Shown here one piece after another: positions 30,319-42,300 of a DNA stretch of 64,000 nt. The notes beneath the pieces are model-generated. The model did not search any database. It saw nothing but the letters and a program-made list of their open reading frames with translations, and was not told the DNA's origin. A program made the translations under genes and the position numbers. Each line of letters begins with the position of its first letter. Positions within the stretch are counted from its first letter, which is position 1. This DNA comes from Barthelona sp. PAP020 (lineage: Eukaryota), in contig JARQWU010000025.1 in assembly GCA_040182905.1 (NCBI GenBank), positions 1 through 64,000 of the forward strand, written 5' to 3'.

Positions 30319-33300
30319 CTATTTATTTGAATATAAGAATTTGGTACAAATCCATAATGTAACCAGACAAATTGTTGAATAAATGATTGAAAAATTGCTT
30401 TCGATAAAAAAAGCTTGTAAGGTTGTAACAGGAAGAATAATTTGTGAAAAATTATCTTTAAATTCACCATTAATAGGAAAAAACGAAACAATAAACAGAA
30501 ATGAAACAATAGATTTTTTAACATCAAAAACAACATTTGGAACACGATAAATTGGATAAAATGTTGGGGAATAAAGTAAATAAGACCCAAAAGAAATGCA
30601 GAGATAAAATTTTAACAAATCCGAGAGATTTCTAAATGTTTTGAAACTTTGTTCTTTGAAAACATTAATAAATTTGAAAAAAAGAACAAACATACTGAAG
30701 ACGATACATAAATAAAAAAGAACAGGTTTTGACAGAAAACCAAATGAAATAATGAAACTTTGAAAGATATTTAATATCGGAAAGTATTCATTAAAACTTG
30801 AAACAACAATCAAATAAGAATGTATTAACATTGCATGATTGATAATTTTTCCAGCAAAAACAGTGATAACAATACAAATAACCAATATAAACCCGATCTC
30901 AAACCACAAATATTCAACGCAAATACCTGAAAAAGTTCGAACATAACCATCAGAACATTGCAAACAATACATCCCAGTATGATTTGAAGAACAAGTGCTA
31001 TTTCCTTTGCAAAAAGATGAAACACATTTTGTGATCTCATTGGTACCTTCATTAAAAAAATACCCATTCAATGAACCAATCACCTTTCCATTCTTACAGA
31101 TAACAGATGTATCACATGGTATGCATTGAATATCTTTCAATACAAACCCATCAACACAAGAACAATTATCAACATGATTATTATACAAAGTTTTGTCAGT
31201 ATACATATTATTTGGACAATCCAAACATTTATCACTGTTAGGATGGGGAGAAAACGTCCCTACACCGCATTTTTCACACACTTGAATAAGTTCGGTTGAA
31301 TGTTCTTTGACATAAGTCCCAGAAGGGCAAACACAATGGTCATTCAAAAGAATATGACTTCCGGGACAATTCGATTGAATCAATTCATTTGTTGATAATC
31401 CTGAAGCACAAGATACCTTAACAAACAGATTATTCAACGTTTTAAAATCGAATGTGTGAACAAAATAGAAATTTGAACTATTTTTTTGAAAAACAAATTC
31501 AACAATTTGAGAACTCGATCCGTTGCCTTCAATATTTCCAACACTGGCAAAAACTTCACAATAATCATCAGAAATAAAAACTGTTTGATTGTTTGATGAT
31601 GTAAACAACTGAATATTTAACATAATTTTTATTCCATATTCAGAAACTGTTGATTGTACTGAAGTGATGTTGATGAAAGAAGGAACATTTGGAATGATTA
31701 ATAAAGGAATTACGTATTCAGCATAATCGATATTTAAAGTACAATTCCCATTTTCTCTTGGTTTTAACGACATTTCTTTGATGTCATATCCTGCAATTAA
31801 ATCTCCAATTTTTAAAGTATCATAATAGTCAAAACAATTAAATGATGCCTCTGATTCTACAAACCATTCATAATGATTCAATTCCATTGAAGATGAAACA
31901 TATTCAATATTTAATGGCATAAAGGAAAAAGTGTCATTAATATAGACAATAAAAGATGGAATCAACAAAGAATCAAGGTCATTAAGGCTAACTCTCACAC
32001 TGGGACTATCTATTATCAAATCAACAGATGAGACATTTAATACGACATCAAAGACATTATTTGGCACATATTTTACGTTCAAAACAATATTCTTTCCGTC
32101 AAATATCCAGTCTAACGATGTAATAAAATCAGATTCTGGTTTTATAACAATATTTTTTATATCTTTCAAATTATCAATTATTGACAATTTTAAATAATTA
32201 AACAAAAGTAATTCAAAAAAATTTTCACAAAAAGTGTCAATAAAACACTTATGATTTTCTTCTGATACCTCAATTTCAGATAAAACACCATAATAAGGTG
32301 AACTAACTGGCCAACCATAAATGCTTACTGAAACTAATTTTGAATCGAGATGACACTCATCATAATCAACAAAAAGAGAAAAATGGTCTGTATTATTGAT
32401 AATGACTGGAATGGAACAAAAAGTCTGCAATGATATAGTTGAATATCCAGCAATCTGCTCGCACACAGAAGATTTAAATATGTTGGTGTATGTAGTTGAC
32501 ATGCTTGCATCTTCAAGAATAAAAACTTTAATGTTCTCAACCAAACATATTTCATGCAGGCTTAACATAATTCCAAAAACTGTATGATTTTGCTTTAAAG
32601 TAACATCTATCCTTTGTTGCTTCAAGGAACTTAAAGAAAGACCACAATTTTCATTTCGACAACAACGTTCATCGTTCAACTTATCATCAATAATAGCCAT
32701 ACCATTTAGAATTAATTCGTTGGCTAGAAAACCAAGGTCAAAAGAGTAAGCAAATGGCTGACTGAGATCATAATCTCTGTAACATAAAGGGGATTTGTTG
32801 TCCAACACCAGAATTTGTCCCAGATTAAATGATTGAGAACCATTATTACCGAATAAAATAGATACATTCAATATTCCAGACTCTTGAGCATTGAACATAA
32901 AACTTGCTTCAAATTCCAACGAAAATATATTACCTATGTTAATTGTTGCATGTTCTGTTGTTAATAATTTTAAAATTTGCTCATTTCCATCAATAAAAAA
33001 CAATTTTCCAACATTATAATAATAAGAAGTTTCACCTAAACTTAACATACCCATACTTACATTATAATAAACGAACTGTAACTTAGTTTCTATCCAATTT
33101 AATCCACACCTAAAGAATATATCAAATTTTTGGTGTGATACACTCTTATCAAAGACATCGAATGAACCAACAAAAATATTATTGTTTGCATCATTATTTA
33201 CTTCAATTATCTGTTGTTCATTGAAATCTGTATTAATTAATAGAATTTCAGTAATTTTTATCATAACTAATGAATCTGTTTCAAAACAGATTTCAAAAAT

Positions 33301-36300
33301 GAACGTTTCATTCAAACCGGTCAAAATTAAGTCGTTATCTGTCTGTTTAAAGAAAAAACTAGGTGGAATAATCGCTTTGATAAAGGCTATTTCCACAAAT
33401 TGTCCATCAAAAACAAAACATAAAGTTAACTCACTTTCTTGCCAATAATTGACATTGCACAACATATACTCATCAAAAAATAGACATTCTACAGGAGAAT
33501 TCATTGTACTATCTCCCAAAACTATGTGATCAATAACATTCACAAATCCTTTCAAATTAGGTTCAATTAGACATTTGAAATTATAGTCTACACCCACTAA
33601 AACAATTTCATCACACAAAACTCTAAAGAATTGGGAACTTATGTCATATTCAAATGATGACCCGTTTGTAATAACTTCAAAAATAGTAGTTTCAACAAAA
33701 GGACAAAACCATACGCCGTTTTCAAAAAAACAATCAAAAGCGCTTCCATTATTGTCCATGATCGCCATCTCATCAATGTTAATCTTTGTAGAAAGCTTTA
33801 AATATCCAGTAAATAAATCAGTAATAAATAAAGGACCTTCAAGTGTTAATTGAGGTTTTTGAATTTCACCAACAAAAAAATTATTAAACAACAATGAAGC
33901 AAATTCATAAACATCATTCCCTTCAACATTGTCTTCATTGGTCCATAGACATATCATACATATATTATATCTAGAATTTATGAATGATTGAGTAACAATT
34001 GAACAGCCAAGGCTAGTTGCAAACGATAGATTTTCACCAAGATTCTTTCCTTCAACAAATATACATTTTTCTTTTGCATGCGGAACAATGTATACCTCAA
34101 ATGTTATTTCAAATACACTTATTTCAATCTCTGAAGACATAGCAATATCATCCACAATTACTATTGGTTTGTCCACTGCTGAAAACTCATTTGAAACTTC
34201 AAAAGTGGCAAAAGTATCGACAATCTTGGATGGTTGGTAATTTTTATGAAATAATCTTAAAGAGACAATTGAATCTGAAACAATAGCCTTGGAACGTACA
34301 AATAATTCATAAGTTACTCCTACAAGCATTTCTGCAGGTGTTATAGCTTCAATTTCAGATAATTTGATTATAACACCGTTAGAAATCATTTCATTTCGTG
34401 ATATTTGAAACATAAACATCTCATCATCATCATTAACATCATATTTACAAAAAAATGCAGCTACTTCATGTGAAAATGCAGTTGCAGATGTTTTCATCAA
34501 AGTTTTAAGCGTATTAATATCGACAATTTCCAAAAGCAGACTAAAATTGTCATTTTCACTGGATCCAAAATTGGACCCTCTAATATCAAATGAAATTCCC
34601 TTTTGAAGTTGGGAATGACTAAAAGTAGATGGGGTTATCGAAATTAATGAGGGTCTAACAAGACTTAAAATAACATTTTGATTGACCATTGAATTTTTCT
34701 TGAGAAAACAATTGACAGTGATGTCATTGGGAGTATTTGCTTCTTGAAATTTTAACTTTAATGAAAAATCAGAAACCAACTGAATTTCTCCAGTTAATCC
34801 ACGGGCATTATTAATGACAATGCAATTAAATTGCTCGTTGCAGGAAAAATCACCCAAATATTGACCTTCAAGTGTTGTTGATGTGTAACCTGTGTTTAAA
34901 ACACCATTTCCTTTTAAAATAAATGGTATATGAGTGATTTCAAATTCTTTTGTCATTTGTCCTTCACTGTCCAAAATAACTGTTTCTGACTGACAAAAAG
35001 AAGCAATGAAAAAAGTAATTTTCCCAAGGCTCCATGTTAAGACTTCAACATATTTATTATGAATTGCTAACGTTGACTTAAAACTCAATTCTTTTCCAAA
35101 TATTATAATGTGGTATCCATCATCAACAACGTCAATCTTAAAGTCGTTAACAGTAGGTTCCATACAGTTGATGTTTGTTTCAACAAACAGTTTGCCAATC
35201 ATTACAACTGCTTTCTTCTTCAAACCATATGAATAATCAGGAAGAGAGACATTAAGCATATTACCAGCAACACTAACAACAGTTGCTTGAATCTCATCAA
35301 CATAAACTGTCACATATTCTGACCAATACCCAAAATATGTACCTGTAAAGTTAACTTCTCTATTATCCCCACTGAAACTATAATCAAAAATTGTTGGTGC
35401 TGGATATGGTATCGGATCATATCTATCACCATTACATGTATGCAAGGGAATACACTCAGTACAAACATTTGACTCAAAATCATAGTATGTTCCAGCTGCA
35501 CATTGAATACATTCTACTCTGTTTACAGAGGAATAATGTGTGATAGGACACATTATACACTGCTGATAATCATCAGAAATTCGCTCAAAAATGGAACATT
35601 CAATTGAATCAGAATCTTTCCCTGGACAAGCATGCCCAAGAGGACATGTATCACAATGTATGTTTTCAGCATTATAAAGTGTATTTGGCGGACAAGACCA
35701 ACAAAAATCTTGGCCAGTCTCATTTTGATGGGTTTCAGGTCCACAACGCTTGCATTCCGTTTGTCCAACTTCATCTTGATATTCATTAAGTGGACAGGCA
35801 ATTTGTTTTAAATAACCTGTGTCTAAAGATACAGGAATCGGGACATAATGTCCAACAGAAGCGCTTATACAACTAGTTTGACCAGACAAAGACTGATATT
35901 GTCCCGAATTGCAAGCTATTTGTTCTGTATTTCCATAAGTATAAGGAACATAATATCCAGCATCAGCAGGATAACAATGAATGACTTCAACCTCATAAAA
36001 CGAGGGATCACAATAACATTCCCCATTTTTCATCACACCAACACCATTGCAACCACAAAATGAAATATCTTGCAAACTTTGGGTACATTCCACACAACTA
36101 CTCTTGAAAGTAAACAAATCAATTGTATTTGAAACAGTATTATCCTTCCTAGTAACAACAACAGTATCATTTTTCCCAAAAGCTATCGCAAAATCAGCTT
36201 CCGAATTCTTACAATCAATCACAAATTCATTGATTTTATGAAACTTATTATCAACAGGGGATAACCAATATAAATACACATATGCTTTCAACTCTGTAAC

Positions 36301-39300
36301 AGCTGACATCACAACTAGTGTATTTGTACCCTCACAATAATCAAAATCAAAGTTAAAGTCAAACTCTTCAGATATTTTTTGATAAGGATCAACCTTATCC
36401 CAACTGTTTTGAGTATTTTTTTTATAAATAAGGACATAATTGCTTGAAAACGCAAATAAATAACCTCCACCAAATTTAATACCCAAAAATACTTGATTTT
36501 CACTGTAAATTTGTCCATTTCCCATATCGTTATTTAAATAACATTTTATCAAAAATGCCGTTTTGATAATGCATAAATCAGCTTCGTAAATCGAAATATA
36601 CTTTGAATTGATGACGTTCATGTTGTTATAATCAGTACCGCTTGGCGTTAACACTTGCGCATCACCCTGCACAGTTCCTTTACTCCATTCATAAACATAA
36701 ATTTTGGTGTTTGCAACAATAGCAAGCATAGAATTATAAATATCAAAAGTTCCACTATGCAGTGCACCTTCAAGATTGTTTGCAATTAAATTTCCTTCCA
36801 TATCATAAGAGAATAAACCCTGGCTATATGCTACAAATATGTAACCATTCACAATACGTACACTTCTTCCATAATCATACACGGCATTTTTTTTGAACAA
36901 AGTGTCATACTTTAAAGTCCTGTAGTTCCATCGTAACACTTCAATGTAAGCTTCATCAGTATTGGTCAGAGATACATAACCTACAACACAGACATCTTCC
37001 AGACAATCTAAACTCACGTAAGGAAAGGAAAGACCATCACTAACGGTAATTATGGAATGTTTAAACTTACTATCTTCAATCATTAGCACATTAGATGAAT
37101 TACATACACAATTGCCATACCAATCACACACCCCATTACACATGGTTGCTGAGCATTTGATATCACATGTAAAGGGAGGATAATAATCTACAGGACATGT
37201 AAAACCATATCTAATGGAATATAACAATTTAAGAGAAACATCTACTGTGTACAACGTCCAATCAATTAGTTTAATTTTTGTGTGATCTGCTTTCACCAAT
37301 GATGAAGGATATGAAGTGAAACTATGACTATAAACGTATTTATCCATACCTTTTTCATCATTTATACGCTTATAAATGTATATATCTGGTTTTATATGTG
37401 TTATTTGTGCTGTAATAACCATAAAGATTGGAGATACAGATACTTGTGTTCCAAAAACTACCGGGGTAATATCTTGATCATCTTTGATAATTGAAAATGA
37501 ATCCACGATTCCCCAATAGTTTCCGAAGAGCCTAAATTGAAAGACTTCCGAATATTCTTCAGTGTTATAGTTTGGACAAGTCACAAAGATATTTTCATTG
37601 TAAATATTGACTGATTTGCCAAAAAATTCAGATAAACAAGTTGCTTTGGGATTAAGGATTTCACCATGTTTGTACCATTTTGATTCTTTATTTTTCAACA
37701 CAATCAGTTGTGATGCTGTACGAACCACAACTAAATCGTTATGAATAAAAATATTTACATTTGTTCTATCAACTTTTAAAGATGGATAATCAATATATTG
37801 TAAAAAATTGGCAGAAACATTAAAAAATGCTAATTCTAACGTATCTTTATCAATAACAACAACTAAAAAATCTTTAAAACCTTCAAAAATTAAACTTAAA
37901 AGTTGAAGTTCATAAATTACTTCATTTAAATTTATTAGATCATAAATTTCAATGAAAGATCCATCAATTTGTTTGCAAAATAAATAATCATCAGATAGAC
38001 TTACAAATTCATAATCAAATGAGTTCTTTAAAAAGGTTTCATTTTCCATCTTAACTACTATGCCATTATTATTTTCTTCAATATATGCTAAACCATTCCT
38101 TGAAGCATCAAATATAGCATTGGAATTTATCATTTCCTCCTCAAAATGTAAAAACCATTCCATTTGCTTATCTGAAGGAATGTAACATTCATTATCTAGT
38201 AAAGTTGAAGTGATTGAATGACAATTAAGAAAGGCAGAATTACCACATTGATTCTTTTGAAATTGAAATATATTTGTTGATGTGACCAAGTAGACAAATT
38301 TTGAATCATCTTTAGATACAGTAATATCTTCTAAAAGATCATTAGTCAAACTTTTATAATCAATGTGTTCAAGCAAAAACCATTGATTTTCCTCAAAAAA
38401 GTAATTAAATACTGTACTTTGATGTGATTCATCCTCAGTCAAATAGTCTTTTAAATAAATAAATAAATTGGTGGAACTCACACGTAATATAGCTCCAAAC
38501 CCACTTGAAGATTCAGTATTTGGCGTAACAATTGTTTGTACCAGTTTCCATGTATTATTCAATTCATTGAAGGAATACATAAATACTGGATCCTTACCAA
38601 TGATTAAATTATTACTGTAATGGTGAAATACCATTGAATCAGCAAAATTTGGGTATTCACCACTCTGTTGAAGGTCATGAATATCATTAACAGAAACTAT
38701 CCTGCAAATGTTCTCTAATGCATCACATTCAACATTTTTAATCTCGAACAAAATTACTTTCCCAATCCCAACTAATCCAAATGCCACCCACTCATCAGTA
38801 GATTGAATAAGAATTTGCTCTAAATCATCCACACTTCCCAAATCAACTGACCAAAACGATAAAGTATATTCTGAATCCCATAAATTAAACTTATTCACAG
38901 AGTTAGCTTTAACATCATACCACCACACAATGTTTTCATCAGAAATCAATACAACCTCGTTATCATTACTGTTACAATAACAAATATCCAAACCAAACTG
39001 ATTCGAAATTGTTTCAGAAGCTAAAACAACACTGATTCTCTCATACCAAATGCTATTATCTGCATCAAAGTCAAACATGTGCATTTTTCCATCATCAGTA
39101 GACAAAATAATTAGAACATCTTCAATTATCACTATTTTTTTTACCGAAATGCCAGAAAAGTCGCCAAAAACATAGATCTCATCAGTATTAATATTGGTCA
39201 CCTTCACTTTGGCTTCCGATACAGTTACAATGATTGAAGAACCACTTGTGAATCCACCCTCATAGGCCAATGATTTGACATAGCCAAATTTTAATGAATA

Positions 39301-42300
39301 TGGAAATTCACAAACGCATAGGCCTGAACTGTTGCAAAATCCAAAATTATTACAAGTGTCTACGTCTGAACAATATACATCACAAGAACCAGCCGGATAA
39401 TAATTTGATGGACAACCTCCCATATCAAGGGATATTGATTTAAAATAACTAAATGTATTTTGAGATTCAATCCCCTCAAAATCAGGTAAAATTGAGATCA
39501 AAAGCGTTTGATTTGTGAAATACATATTAACATGAGGAAAAATTGGACTTAAAGAAGCTGTTGTATTGTAAAAATAGAAATAATCATTGTTATCAAATAG
39601 ATCAATAAGTATAATGTCAAATGACCACAAATTATCATTATATCGATAAACAGAAATGACAGTTGTATTATCTTTGATTCCTTGAATAACTAACACATTG
39701 CCATCAACAATTAGTTGTAATCCAAAAAGATAGGATGTATTGACGATACTTTGAGTGTGTACAAATGAATAATCTTTCCAAATATAAAATTCAACTGTCC
39801 CAGTGTTGTCAGAAAAAGATGGTGATGATATAAATAACCAAGGATAATCATTACTAGCAGCAATACGATATCCAAACCACTTGTTAAAATCAGAACTAAT
39901 TACCATTTGTGTTCCTCTGTTGAGTATCATATCTTTCCAAAAGTATATGATCCCGGAACAACCCAACACCAAAATTTCATTATGTACAATAACCAAATTC
40001 ATACTTTGCACATCTAAACTTTTAAAAGCCGTTGGTAATGACAAAACCCATTCATCCAAAACATCGAAAACGAAAATATTTGGACAATCAGTAACATCAC
40101 CCAAAACAACTAAATAATTGTCACTTGCACTCATAATTGATCCAAAACCATTACAAATAGTTCCACTTACTGTGTTTTTAAAGTCTGAAAGCACACAATA
40201 GTCATTAATGTTACCACAAATAAATATTTGATTAATATTCGGAGCACTAATCAATATATTACCATCAAATTCAACAATGACCGTACCAAAACCAGGATAT
40301 TTGTCCTTCAGGGAAATGTCACATTCATCACACTCACCAAATATTTGTTTCATAACTTTTTGCGTTTCAACATCAAATAAAATAACACTACCATTGTTAT
40401 TATCAGATAAAGGAAGGCCAATATAACATGTTTCATCACTTTCAAAAATATTCCAACCAAATCCTGATGTTAAAGCATTTTCAGAGAAATTACTTGAGGA
40501 CACAAACGAATCCGCAATCCAATCATATTCAAATTGTGTGAAATCAGTACACCCATCACTAAAACTATCACAAAATGAAACACTATCACAAGAAAAACTG
40601 GAAGAACAAGAATTACAAGTGTAATTTAGCTGATAAACATGATAACCTGTTTCTTCAAGACTAGCAATAAAAAAAATTTGTTCTTTCCAAATTTCAACTT
40701 TCGTAAAGTTTTCATTGGTGAGTAGACTTGCACGAATACTATCAATTTGCCTCCATTCATCATCAATAAATGAATATATAAAAAAGAACATAGGGCCTTC
40801 AAATTTGACAGCAGAAACGACCAAAACGTTATTTTCGATTGCAATTCCAATTCCAAAAGAATAATCTTCAAGAGAATATTTAAAATCTGATGGATGAAGC
40901 CTCAATTCTTCTTTCACCGTGAATGAAGTATTATCAAAATGGAAAATTTGAACACATCCACCAAACGAACCATCAGAAATCCAAGAAGAAACAAAAATTT
41001 TGTTATTTTGCATTTTTAATGCATGAAAACATGTTGTAGCAGGGCAATATAATTCGGTAGAAAACAATTGAGTTTCTTTTGTGCTTGAAAGCTTAAAAAT
41101 CACAAATCTGTTCGAATCAAACACCACCGCTAAAATGTCGTTTTCAATAACAACATGAACACATGGTGATACAACACAAACAGGTATATTCGTCAAAGCA
41201 TCTATGTAATCAGTCAAATCAATCACATACTCATATGCCATGTTATCAACCATATCTTCCAATGTATAAACCAAAAGGACAAAAATTTCACTACTTGCAG
41301 TTACAACAAACTTCTTAGAAACGGATATTGATGACCCAACCATTCCATTCACAAAGTCATGAGTCAATGTATATTGCTTCAAACTTCTTTTTTGATGAGA
41401 AATCAATATCGTTACCAAACCATCTTTATTACCATCTCCAATTTTTGAAAATGCAAAAATATTTTCAAAGGCATCAACAAAAACGTCGCATACGGGATCA
41501 CATGTAATTTTTCTAAAAGGAGAAATCAATTCCAAGTCTAAATTAATAAGTACTACCGTTTCTGTGTTTTTACTCATAATACAATATAAATCACCGCAAG
41601 CAATCTGATTTACACTTAACTCATCGAGTATCGAAGTCATAACATGACTGGGAAATTTAGTTTCTTTGCATTTGCATTTTTCTAATACAATATCATATCC
41701 GTCAGTCGTCAATGGATCACAATATATGTCACAAACACCCTCAGGATAATAATTTTCCCGACATTTTACACATCCCAACTCATACAACAAAAGAGAGGAA
41801 TTATTAATTGTGGGAAACCCTTCAGTCAATTTATCTGTTTGAAACAACAATTGATGTTTTGAAACACTGACCGAAAGTTGAGTTGAAAAAAAATCAATAG
41901 AAAAATCTTCTTTTTTGTGAATACTCATTTGATTTAAACTATTTATTTGTAACTTGTAAACATATACTCTCAAAACATTATTTGAATTTACAGAACAAAG
42001 ATAAAAAAAATTGTCAAATGATGTAATGCTCAATGCTAAAACATTTGACAAATCATCAGCAGATATCAGGGTTATTTTGCTGATCAAAGTCCAATCCTCT
42101 GTTCCATCATCAAAATCATAGTGATAAAGAGAACCCAAATCATCATAGATTATTAAACTAGATTGAAAAGCACTTAATTTCAAATTTGACCCAAACATAG
42201 ACAACTCAACGTTTCCCAAAATCTCATAAGTACCCATATCCGATAGAAAAAGAGAATAAATATCAACAATATAAGTAGCATCATTGGTTTTAGCAACAAA